64,000 nucleotides of DNA from a virus. The translations under genes and the position numbers were made by a program. A model generated the notes under the pieces. That model saw only the letters and a program-made list of their open reading frames with translations, had not been told where the DNA came from and ran no database searches. Positions 34,800 through 43,577 of this stretch are shown in pieces (the first letter of the stretch is position 1; each line of letters opens with the position of its first letter). The stretch spans positions 22,325 to 86,324 of IMG/VR virus record IMGVR_UViG_3300031823_000003, one strand, 5' to 3'.

Positions 34800-35597
34800 T
34801 TATTGAACCGTCTGCCGGCTGCGTTCCAGTGCTTCCATCTCCCTCGCCACGCGCATCGCGTTGGACTCGCCGTTGTCTCCGGCAGCGGTCGCCCGCGCTT
34901 TAGCGATTACCTGCTGCGCCGGACTGAGCGATGTGGTTTGGGTCTGCCCCGGTACTGTTCCCGCTGACCGTGCCTGCTTGAGCGCCTCGGCGACGGCGGC
35001 ATCGATACGCGCCTTCTCGGCGGCGGCCTGAGCAGTGACACGTTTATCTTTGACGAACACATCGTGCGCTGCGGACATCGACGGGAATTTAACTCCCGCT
35101 GTGTTGCTGTCGGCGACGAACTTCTCGAATGCATTACGGTCCAGTGGTTCGTTGAACTCGGCGCGATGGGACTCGCGGACGGATGCGTAGTCGTCGGCAG
35201 ACTTGATCGCAAGGGTGAGGAGTTCGGCGCGGTATTCGGGAAGTTTGTCCGTCGTGACAACGTTCTTCAGCTTGGTTTCGATATCGGTCTTGATACCTTC
35301 GAGCTTGGCGAGCACCGCTGCCATACCGTCAGCATTGGACGGAACAGGAGGAGTAACGATAGGAGCGGCGGCTGCTGCTGCGCTGGGAAGCGCCGGAGTA
35401 TGCGGCACAGACGCAGGAGGCGTTGTAGTTTCCAGTTCGCCGCCAAAATTGGCCCACACGTCGATCAGTTCCGCGCCCTTGAGATCGCGCGCGATCAGCT
35501 CCGGCTTCGATGCGAACGCGGCCTTCACCTTGGCCTGCGTATCGGGATCAAGCAGTGCCAGTAGGTCTTCGCTAAGAGTCTTTGCCATACTCATCAT
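34800..35597 (-). CDS. Probable capsid scaffolding protein
   Basis: Helical Ala/Glu/Lys-rich protein directly upstream of the capsid gene. Confidence 0.65.
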   Translation of the reverse strand: MMSMAKTLSEDLLALLDPDTQAKVKAAFASKPELIARDLKGAELIDVWANFGGELETTTPPASVPHTPALPSAAAAAAPIVTPPVPSNADGMAAVLAKLEGIKTDIETKLKNVVTTDKLPEYRAELLTLAIKSADDYASVRESHRAEFNEPLDRNAFEKFVADSNTAGVKFPSMSAAHDVFVKDKRVTAQAAAEKARIDAAVAEALKQARSAGTVPGQTQTTSLSPAQQVIAKARATAAGDNGESNAMRVAREMEALERSRQTVQ

Positions 35598-35630
35598 CCT
35601 CCGTCAATTCGACCGTCAATCGCTTAATCG

Positions 35631-36038
35631 TTACGCCGGGACTGCCTGTCCCGATGCTGCACCGCCGCCTGCACCCGCTCCACCGCCCGGAGGTGCGCCC
35701 GCACCCGGTCCTGCTTCGGGAGTCGGCCCTCCGCCTGCATCCGCACTGGGCGCTGGCTTGCCGTCGCCACCCGCCTGCCCCGACTGAATCTCTTTGGTAA
35801 TTGTTGCCAGTTGCTGGATTTTTTCCTTGCGCTTGGGGTCTTTAGTCAGCTTCTCCCACTTGTCATAGACTTCGAGGAGAGTAGCGATGATCTTGGTTTC
35901 TTCGCCAGTGGTATCACCACCTGCACCCGCTCCACCCGGAGCGCCTGCTGACGCACCTTTGCCTCCACCCTGCATGGCCATATCCGCCGCCACCGAGTAG
36001 AAGCTGGGAGCCTTCGAGGATTTAGAGTCAGCCGCCAT
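35631..36038 (-). CDS. Low-complexity Gly/Ala/Pro-rich hypothetical protein
   Basis: 135 aa between portal and scaffold. Confidence 0.6.
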   Translation of the reverse strand: MAADSKSSKAPSFYSVAADMAMQGGGKGASAGAPGGAGAGGDTTGEETKIIATLLEVYDKWEKLTKDPKRKEKIQQLATITKEIQSGQAGGDGKPAPSADAGGGPTPEAGPGAGAPPGGGAGAGGGAASGQAVPA

Positions 36039-36044
36039 TGACGA

Positions 36045-36293
36045 TCAGTTTTTCCCCGACCGTGGACCTGCCGTGCGCCCATCCCATCCTTGCGGATACC
36101 CGGACTTCTGATCGACGCTGACAGGACTCGCTGGCCATACGCCGCTATCCTTTTTGCGGTGCCCGAACATGTGCATGGTGCCGCCGCCGATCGCTACCTC
36201 GCCGGGTGCGCCGCCGAAGGACTCTTCGCGCGATCCCATAGGCGGGTGTTTGGCGACTTCCTTGTTTTTGCCGGACGATTTACGCTCTGCCAT
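36045..36293 (-). CDS. Hypothetical protein
   Basis: 82 aa with GGAGG RBS. Confidence 0.6.
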   Translation of the reverse strand: MAERKSSGKNKEVAKHPPMGSREESFGGAPGEVAIGGGTMHMFGHRKKDSGVWPASPVSVDQKSGYPQGWDGRTAGPRSGKN

Positions 36294-36436
36294 GACGACT
36301 GCCTCCGTGATGCCTGCCGATACACTGATATATCGTGTAGCGATGTAACTGTGATTGCGGGACAGAACACAATTTATACTGCAACTGCGCTCCGTCCCGC
36401 GTATGGATTAGGTTTCGGAGTTAATTGTGTCGGTGA

Positions 36437-36496
36437 TTACCGCTTGCCCCGGCGTCCGCCGTGGCGCTTTTTGCCGCGCTTTCCTCTACGAGCCAT
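36437..36496 (-). CDS. 19-aa basic micropeptide MARRGKRGKKRHGGRRGKR
   Basis: AAAGGAG RBS 7 nt upstream of ATG; read by hand, below the ORF-track cut-off. Confidence 0.6.
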   Translation of the reverse strand: MARRGKRGKKRHGGRRGKR

Positions 36497-36649
36497 GAGC
36501 GTTCTCCTTTCGATGGATTCAGAACGGGTCGCATTGCATTGGCCCGTGGAGAGGATCGCAGGCATAACGTACCGACTCTCCTAGAGGAAAATTGACACAC
36601 ACAGGAAAGTTACTGCAACAACCTTGCGGAGAATAGTTTTAGAGCAGAG

Positions 36650-36907
36650 CTAGTCCCAGTCGGGTATTTCTACAGTCTGGACCGCGAGAGAGTGATAGCA
36701 GTCAGACAGGAATTGTATCTTTCCGTCGGTGATGTGCGAGTGGCAATGCGATTTTGGATCGTGCCTGTTACAGTCAAGAGACGGCGTAAACGTTGGCTTT
36801 TCCATTGATCCGTTCCACGACCAGCGCGGGACGGCGACTGCGTGGCCACACTCGCAGCCGGGACAATGGAATACATAGTTGGTGTTGCCGCGACCGTCCG
36901 GTCCCAT
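36650..36907 (-). CDS. DUF6527-like Cys/His protein
   Basis: HCPGC..H..WSWNGSMEKPTFTPSL..CHSHITDGKIQFLSDCYH signature. Confidence 0.75.
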   Translation of the reverse strand: MGPDGRGNTNYVFHCPGCECGHAVAVPRWSWNGSMEKPTFTPSLDCNRHDPKSHCHSHITDGKIQFLSDCYHSLAVQTVEIPDWD

Positions 36908-36945
36908 GTTGTGGAGCTTGACGCCCGTATGCCGTCCCTTATCTA

Positions 36946-37209
36946 TTATCTATGGCGATCAATCAATTGCTGTTCCAGTTCCGGACCCATAAGACTATGA
37001 AGACGATCAATATGATTGTCGTGTAGGGCAATAATCGGAGCGCTATCGGGGTCAACGTCGCGTAATAATTTGCCATCATCGTCCCTAGCCCACACGCTGG
37101 TTATCGTATTGATGAAAACCACCAAGTCGCCGTCTATTTTATTGTGAAGCCACACTTCACCTTCAGGTACGTTTTTACTAAAGCTAAAAATTATACCCAT
37201 ATCATTCAC
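36946..37209 (-). CDS. Hypothetical protein
   Basis: 87 aa with AGGAG RBS. Confidence 0.55.
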   Translation of the reverse strand: MNDMGIIFSFSKNVPEGEVWLHNKIDGDLVVFINTITSVWARDDDGKLLRDVDPDSAPIIALHDNHIDRLHSLMGPELEQQLIDRHR

Positions 37210-37227
37210 TCTCCTATTCGCTACCGC

Positions 37228-39105
37228 CTATTTTTTATGCTGTCCTTTGCCTGTGGCGGCGGCATTCAAAGCCCCTAGAGCCAGTTTTATTTTTGCCTCT
37301 TCGATCAACTCTTCCCGATTACGTTTGAAATCAAAGTTGGGATCTAACCTTCTCATCAACTCTTGACTGCTAATATCTCCCTGTTTCCGCAGAGCCATTG
37401 CAATCGGAATCTTATTCTCGCGCTGAATCGCCAGCGTCGAATCGGGACGGATCACGAATGAGTACCTGCGCACAAATTCCTCTGGCTTCATGCCGGAGTC
37501 TCTGTTCCATGCCTGCCCATACAATGGCCGATAGTCGCTCATGCTGATGCCGCGTGCGCCGAGTATTGCTACTCTGTGAGCAACTGAGTAAAACTGCAAC
37601 ATGTCGGCCACGCCCATAGAGCCGACTTCTTCGACAAAACTAGTAAGCGCGCGCGACTGAATCCTAATCGGAAGAGACCGCGATGACAGGATCATCTCCA
37701 GCGCGTCGCCACCGGGGACCTGTTTCTTGTTCAATGCCTGTCCGATCGCGCTGGCACCGGATGACATGTCCAGTTCCTTACTGATGAGATCGATGGACTG
37801 CATCGCCGGAGCGAATGGAAATTCAGCGCGTTTGGCGAACTCGGGTGCTTTCGGCGCATTGTTGTTGTAGGCGATCTTTCCGCCAGCCGCTCCCGGATCG
37901 AGAGACTCCCAATCTCCTTTGGGAAATGCTCCCTTGGGTCCGATCAGGGTAGGCTCATTGATCGAATACAGACTATCCAGTGAGCCTCCCAATATTTTGT
38001 TGATGACTTGGTTCATCTGCACCCAGCTACGAACACTGCTGTCTCCCGACATCTTCCAAGGCAGGCGATACGGACGGTAGACGGGAAATGGTTTGCGGGC
38101 GTGCCAGTACGGATTGCACTGATCTTCTAACAGTGCTCCACCGGCGGTGCACATGACTCGGCCACGCGGATATAGTCGTTCGCCGGGTTCCACGCGATAA
38201 GCCCAGTTGACCAGCGGTTCCCCGCTGCTGTCGGACGGGCCGACGGTAACTGTATATGACCTGTCGTTGGTACTATCATCATTGAGCCAATATTCTTTTA
38301 GCAGCGCAATAGGATATGGATTATCGCTGCCCGCTGATGAGCGCACGCCTAACTTTTTTCGGAGAGTTTGACTCATCCCCGCCCACGATGCTGCGCTGAT
38401 ACTAGATGGGCGGTTGAAATTACCGCTGAGCGCGGAACCAAAGTCAGCGTCACATTCGACCCGCTCAGCGGTCTTGCCAAATCTACGGATCAAATGGTCT
38501 TTGGTAACCGCGTGATAATAAATTATGCACTCAGCGTCCTGAGGGTCGCCGCCGCATCCGAGTGTCGCCCACTGCCACGGTGCGATAGGAACGAGTTGTA
38601 CATCACCCATGCCGCCGTTCAGGGATGAGTTCCATTGCAACTTGGCAGGCCCGGTATGCAGGAGTCCATACAGTACGCAGTCGTAGGTACGATCCTCGAA
38701 GTAGTTTTTTTCAGCCCAATGCACACACAGAGCATTGAGGATATCCTCGAACTCGGAATGCTGGCCTTCGTGGTCGAAGGATTTGATCTGGAAATCCAGA
38801 GCGAGATCAGTAAGCAAGGAGACGGATTCGTAGAAGTGGCGGCGGGCTTTATTCAGGACGGGCTTGTTCCTGGCAAACCGGGACTTTTCCGCCCACTGGC
38901 GGCCATCGAAGATGAACTCGACGAGACGGAGCGTATCCCTGATTTCCTTTTCGTAATCCGGGTCTTGGGTGGCGGTCTCAAAAAGTTTATCGGTGAACTC
39001 GATGACCTGGCGCTCTAGAAGTAGTGCCTGACCGGGAGAGAGACGCGGCGCGGGAGGAGTCTCGGTGATGACCGGAGTGGTAGGCGCGATAGTCGTGGCA
39101 GCCAC
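37228..39105 (-). CDS. Portal protein (P22-like size and position)
   Basis: 625 aa between terminase and scaffold; FDGRQW, KPVLNK, NPYWH.RKPFPVY motifs. Confidence 0.85.
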   Translation of the reverse strand: MAATTIAPTTPVITETPPAPRLSPGQALLLERQVIEFTDKLFETATQDPDYEKEIRDTLRLVEFIFDGRQWAEKSRFARNKPVLNKARRHFYESVSLLTDLALDFQIKSFDHEGQHSEFEDILNALCVHWAEKNYFEDRTYDCVLYGLLHTGPAKLQWNSSLNGGMGDVQLVPIAPWQWATLGCGGDPQDAECIIYYHAVTKDHLIRRFGKTAERVECDADFGSALSGNFNRPSSISAASWAGMSQTLRKKLGVRSSAGSDNPYPIALLKEYWLNDDSTNDRSYTVTVGPSDSSGEPLVNWAYRVEPGERLYPRGRVMCTAGGALLEDQCNPYWHARKPFPVYRPYRLPWKMSGDSSVRSWVQMNQVINKILGGSLDSLYSINEPTLIGPKGAFPKGDWESLDPGAAGGKIAYNNNAPKAPEFAKRAEFPFAPAMQSIDLISKELDMSSGASAIGQALNKKQVPGGDALEMILSSRSLPIRIQSRALTSFVEEVGSMGVADMLQFYSVAHRVAILGARGISMSDYRPLYGQAWNRDSGMKPEEFVRRYSFVIRPDSTLAIQRENKIPIAMALRKQGDISSQELMRRLDPNFDFKRNREELIEEAKIKLALGALNAAATGKGQHKK

Positions 39106-39146
39106 GATAGAATATTAACAGACAACACAAACAGTTCCGCTATTCG

Positions 39147-39656
39147 CTATTGCTGACCAACTCCAGCGGCGCGGAACACGGATTCATATTTCTCGATCTG
39201 TGCGCGGAGCTGCCTGTTCTCGGCCTCGGTATTATCTATGGCTTCGAGAGCGGCGACAATCTGAGCACCGTTGTTCAGACCGCGTTTCTTTAATTTATCA
39301 ACGTCAGGGCCGCTCATAATGAGCACGCTGCCATCGGCAAGTGAAGACAGCAGTACGTCCGTTGTGGCAATGAGCCTGCCCCGGTACTTGGTTTCTAGTA
39401 TTTGTTTTACGCGCGGGTGCAGCCATACGGTCATTTTTACGGATGTGACCGGAGGCTGCTCGTTCAGCGGCATGGGGATCATTCTTGCGCCCCGCGCCAC
39501 GGCTTCGGCGACTGACGAATACTGATGCGAAAATGGACATTTACAGATATGCATATCGCGGATGAGCGGCACATTGGGAGTACCGTTGGCATCACACATC
39601 GGGCAGTAAAGCTGGGCTTGGGACTGGTCAATAGGTGGGATTAGGTTAGTCGCCAT
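39147..39656 (-). CDS. Hypothetical zinc-binding protein with coiled-coil C-terminus
   Basis: CPMC..CKCPFSH. Confidence 0.6.
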   Translation of the reverse strand: MATNLIPPIDQSQAQLYCPMCDANGTPNVPLIRDMHICKCPFSHQYSSVAEAVARGARMIPMPLNEQPPVTSVKMTVWLHPRVKQILETKYRGRLIATTDVLLSSLADGSVLIMSGPDVDKLKKRGLNNGAQIVAALEAIDNTEAENRQLRAQIEKYESVFRAAGVGQQ

Positions 39657-40044
39657 GATGCGCGGATACCTCCTGTGTCGATCTCAGCATTGCGTATGCG
39701 AACTCGCCGCGATTCAGCTTGAAATTAAGATAACATTTATTGGCTGTGACACTCTCTACGAACGGGATGAATATGTCCACACCATCATCGGTTGTGACTT
39801 CACTCAGGCTGCCCAATATCAAAGCGGCTATTTGTGCCGGTGAACGTTTCAGTAATTTAGCCAGCTTCATTGCAATCGTGGACGACAGGTCAGCGTCAAC
39901 ACCAGCGGACTTACCAATGAATACCAGCGGCACACCCTCGTCGTCCGGCAGATCAGCCAAGTGTTCAGGGAACTTGTGATACATCGCCGCCATCACCGCA
40001 TAACGGATGCCGGATATAGCGATAGTCAGCGGATCGGTAATCAT
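39646..40044 (-). CDS. Stand-alone arginyl-tRNA synthetase N-terminal domain-like protein
   Basis: ADLSSTIAMKLAKLLKRSPAQIAALI..VESVTANKCYLNFKL matches the ArgRS N-domain pattern; no catalytic domain. Confidence 0.75.
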   Translation of the reverse strand: MITDPLTIAISGIRYAVMAAMYHKFPEHLADLPDDEGVPLVFIGKSAGVDADLSSTIAMKLAKLLKRSPAQIAALILGSLSEVTTDDGVDIFIPFVESVTANKCYLNFKLNRGEFAYAMLRSTQEVSAHHGD

Positions 40045-40379
40045 TATTTCCCCTTACCCTTCCGCTTCTGCATCAGATCGTTCCACTCGTTTATCTCATC
40101 GGCGGACCAGTCGGGCGCTAAGTTTGACCACATGAAAACGCAATCACACCAGATGAACGAGGCATAACCCAAAGCAGCAATCTCTGGAATAAATTCCATT
40201 GTTCTATCATGTGTTTGAAGTGATGCCCAGACACGCTCGTAATCAGGACGAGATAAGGTAATCACCTTGTGCGATTGACCATTAACGGTGACTATAGATG
40301 GTACGCCATCGTTTGGAGGATATACCTTGTAGATAGCTTCATGCAGGAAGCTGACCGTGTCTACGGCTCTCACAGTCAT
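40044..40379 (-). CDS. Hypothetical protein
   Basis: 111 aa, coupled to the terminase stop. Confidence 0.55.
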   Translation of the reverse strand: MTVRAVDTVSFLHEAIYKVYPPNDGVPSIVTVNGQSHKVITLSRPDYERVWASLQTHDRTMEFIPEIAALGYASFIWCDCVFMWSNLAPDWSADEINEWNDLMQKRKGKGK

Positions 40380-42610
40380 TCATCCTCCGCGCTATCACCA
40401 CCCGTGCTCACGAACTCTCCCATCTCTCCCGGTGTCCGCCCGCCGTTCTTCCGGTACATCTCTTGGTATGCGTGCACCAGATCAGGGTGCATCTGCTTGG
40501 GTTCGACACCATGATCGGCGTACAATTCGTGCTCAGGACCGGAGCCTTTGTCCCAGATAGGCGACCAGACTGTGTTGGCTCGTGTGACCGGTATCCCGCG
40601 CACCGTCCACGGCAGTTTCATTTTATGCTTGAGTTCAAGATCGGCGATAACCTTTTTTCCCGCGTCCTCGGTGGCGCATTGATCCACTAGCACCCCGTGT
40701 ATGTTATATATGCCCCAAACTGTAGGCGTACTGGGCATGAGAGTGGCGCGGTCGCCACGGGCGGCCAAGTGTTCTTCCGCCCAGTTAGCGCCGCCTTTAC
40801 CAGCCTGATGAGAAGCGGCAATAGCGATACAGGCACTCATTACCATGTCGTCGTTGTTGCTGATACCCTCGGCGCGTCCTTCCCCCTCGTATCGACCGAA
40901 GTCCCGCATTTCTGATATTGTGTGTTTATCCCGAATGACGATCGTGTTGTCGAGTAACGCTTCGGACATCCGGTTAATCATGTCTTCGCGGGTGCGGTAT
41001 GTAGTCATCCAGTGCAGATGTAGAGTTGATTGTCCACTAACCTTATCGAGATGCTTCCATCTATACAAGTTTGGAAAATCCAGCGGCCCCTTGAGTTCAT
41101 CGCCGGTGGTCACTCCCGCCTGCTGGTACTCGACTGCGACTTCCGCTGTGTGATACCAGTACCCAAGCGCGGCTATCACGCGGGCGAAATGGGACGGGTT
41201 GATCTTGCCGTGCCAGTTGGCGACTTGAACCCAAGATTCTTTGCCGAATCCCAAACGGAACACATCACAAGATGAGAAATCCTTAGCGGTACCTGATGCG
41301 GCATCTACGGCTATGTAATATTCGGTAGACGTGTCGAGATCGTCGGGAAATTCCCATATCCATAGGCGGTTGATGTTATCCGGTTTTTCGAGCAGTTCCT
41401 CCGGCAGCGGCGGGTGCAGATGCAATATCGGCATCGCCTCCGGACCTGCGTACTCCAGTTCGCCGATCTGGATAGGGTCTTTACAATTGGATTTTTCCTG
41501 TTCGGCCAGACACATGCGTGGGAACGCGCACAGGCCGGAAGATATAAACGCCTCGCCGGGAGTGGATGGGTATGACTCTTGGTATTTGTACAGCCCTTCC
41601 ATTGAGCGGGCATTGTTGATATAGGCTTTAATCTTACGGCGCTGCCAGTTGAAGAATCCAAGAGGAATGGAAAATTTTTCGGTGGACTTGACCTTTTCCC
41701 GGAATGTTCTCTCCTCAGCAGTGAGCGTAAATCCCGATCCCTTGCGTATCGGCAGGAAATACTTTCGCACTTTATATACCGGGATGAACACTGGCGTCCA
41801 TTCTTCATCATCACCCTTTTCGGCGGCGATCCACTTGGCATAGAAAATTCCCTGTCGCCCATATGCAGTGGACTCCATGATGGCCTGCATGTCGCGGGCA
41901 TTCATGGATGGCTCGATATCGGCGGTCCACATGTCGTCATCGGGCCAACGTGACGCTTCTGAAAAATGTGCTCTGGAAATCGTCTGGCCGATCGCAACGC
42001 CTGCTTGTTCCTGGCTGTTGGCAATGACCAAAGTGCTGTTCAGTCCGGGGTCGGCCATGCGCTTAGCAACATCGCTGCGCTGGAACACGAAGCGGTCCTC
42101 TTGGACCTTTGATTCCATCTCCGGGCGCATCCACCACGGCAGATCGTTGTAGGCGTTCCAGATTCGGCGGTAAAGTTCGGCGGTGGTCTTGCGGGACTGC
42201 GCCATCATCAAGGTGTAGGCGCGTTCACTGAATATAGTTGCTTGAAATATGACCGCGCCGGAGAATGCAGTGCCGCCCATCTGCCGGGGCTTGAGGATAA
42301 TTAGGCGATAGCAGCCATCCTCAGACCATTTGCGTTCGATGACTCCTAAGATTTCCTCCTGATGTTGCCAGAGCGGGTACATAGACTGAGCATTGCCGTG
42401 CTCGTCCCGGATGATGAAGTAGTTTTCGAGAAAATATCTGCGGTCGAAGGTGGCGTGCTCGATCTCGTGGTCAATGAAATCCGAGTAGGATTTGTCGTCG
42501 GAGACCAGTTCCCATGCGCGGTCGAAATCGGATAGGGCGTCAGTAACGAAGAGTTCATCGAGGGCTTCGATAGCGTCATTGAGCGTGTTATCGCGGCGAG
42601 GAATGTACAT
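40376..42610 (-). CDS. terL: Terminase large subunit
   Basis: Walker A LKPRQMGGT, Walker B AHFSE, MESTAYG coupling motif, nuclease IAVDAASG..DFS and NDDMVMS. Confidence 0.92.
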   Translation of the reverse strand: MYIPRRDNTLNDAIEALDELFVTDALSDFDRAWELVSDDKSYSDFIDHEIEHATFDRRYFLENYFIIRDEHGNAQSMYPLWQHQEEILGVIERKWSEDGCYRLIILKPRQMGGTAFSGAVIFQATIFSERAYTLMMAQSRKTTAELYRRIWNAYNDLPWWMRPEMESKVQEDRFVFQRSDVAKRMADPGLNSTLVIANSQEQAGVAIGQTISRAHFSEASRWPDDDMWTADIEPSMNARDMQAIMESTAYGRQGIFYAKWIAAEKGDDEEWTPVFIPVYKVRKYFLPIRKGSGFTLTAEERTFREKVKSTEKFSIPLGFFNWQRRKIKAYINNARSMEGLYKYQESYPSTPGEAFISSGLCAFPRMCLAEQEKSNCKDPIQIGELEYAGPEAMPILHLHPPLPEELLEKPDNINRLWIWEFPDDLDTSTEYYIAVDAASGTAKDFSSCDVFRLGFGKESWVQVANWHGKINPSHFARVIAALGYWYHTAEVAVEYQQAGVTTGDELKGPLDFPNLYRWKHLDKVSGQSTLHLHWMTTYRTREDMINRMSEALLDNTIVIRDKHTISEMRDFGRYEGEGRAEGISNNDDMVMSACIAIAASHQAGKGGANWAEEHLAARGDRATLMPSTPTVWGIYNIHGVLVDQCATEDAGKKVIADLELKHKMKLPWTVRGIPVTRANTVWSPIWDKGSGPEHELYADHGVEPKQMHPDLVHAYQEMYRKNGGRTPGEMGEFVSTGGDSAEDE

Positions 42611-42624
42611 GACAAGTCAACTAG

Positions 42625-43134
42625 TCATAATTGCAACACCTGCGACCCCGTATGCACGTTGCATAGTGGCACCTCTACAAAATCGGGAGAGTGCCGCACG
42701 AACACAAAATGCCTAACAGCATATCGAGCACTCTCAGTCGGCGTGCGATGGGTCACCAGCATTGCGTAGAAAAAATCGGTATTGTGGCTCGGGCTGTTTA
42801 CGCACTTGCGGTAGGTATCACAATCCCCTTGTGATAATGTGCGTAGACCATTGACGTGATGCGTGTGCCAGTTACCAAGGTGCTCAATAGATGGGTATTT
42901 CCTCTCTACCGCTCGAAACACGCTCTCCTGATACTCGCCGTCTTGAAATAAGCTAACGCGAGTCCGCTTGGCATTCGGGCCAGCGGCAATCAGCGCCTTA
43001 ACGTCGATATGCGGATCGGTGCCGTGCCAAGTATAAAACCCGAGCAGCCGACCGCCTATCTCTTCGGCGGAGTAACGGTCGCACTCGTCGAATATACCGT
43101 GCAGGATCGGCTGCGGGATGGAGATAGTCAGCAC
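42625..43134 (-). CDS. Stand-alone JAB/JAMM (Mov34/MPN) metallo-isopeptidase
   Basis: EIGGRLLG ... LGNWHTHH...LSQGD gives a complete E..HxH..SxxD JAMM motif. Confidence 0.88.
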   Translation of the reverse strand: MLTISIPQPILHGIFDECDRYSAEEIGGRLLGFYTWHGTDPHIDVKALIAAGPNAKRTRVSLFQDGEYQESVFRAVERKYPSIEHLGNWHTHHVNGLRTLSQGDCDTYRKCVNSPSHNTDFFYAMLVTHRTPTESARYAVRHFVFVRHSPDFVEVPLCNVHTGSQVLQL

Positions 43135-43140
43135 AGTTGT

Positions 43141-43575
43141 TCAGACGGTCTTTCCGTTGTTAATCCCATTCAGAGCAGCGTACTCGGACGCCCTGCGCAG
43201 AAGCATACTCATCTGATTTCTTAAATCGCTCTGCAATTCCTCGTTAACGTATTCTTCATCGGTATGCAGCCAGAACAGCATAGGCTTTCCACGTTCCTGC
43301 GTGACAGGCTGCACCTCTATCCACACATGGCCGGGATCGAGAGATAAGCATCGGAAATAACCCTCGCTGGATTTACCGACGGCATCGGCGATCTCGTTTA
43401 CTCTCTGCTGCTGTTCTTCCGTCATGGACTTTATAGCCTTAGAGATGACAAACCACGCCACAGGACAGGTGGATTTATCGAGACAGTCGTGGGCTGCGAT
43501 CAGCGGGGAGTCGTGGATAGCGAATAGTAATAAGTCCATGAAATTGACTTTGGTAGTGACGTACTCTTTATGCAT
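43141..43575 (-). CDS. Hypothetical protein
   Basis: AAGGAG RBS before MHKEYV. Confidence 0.6.
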   Translation of the reverse strand: MHKEYVTTKVNFMDLLLFAIHDSPLIAAHDCLDKSTCPVAWFVISKAIKSMTEEQQQRVNEIADAVGKSSEGYFRCLSLDPGHVWIEVQPVTQERGKPMLFWLHTDEEYVNEELQSDLRNQMSMLLRRASEYAALNGINNGKTV

Positions 43576-43577
43576 GG

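Noticed and set aside
42625-43134. Lambda gpK-like tail assembly protein
   Set aside because: No NlpC/P60 domain, no neighbouring tail-tip L/I/J genes or tape measure, and it lies in the packaging module.
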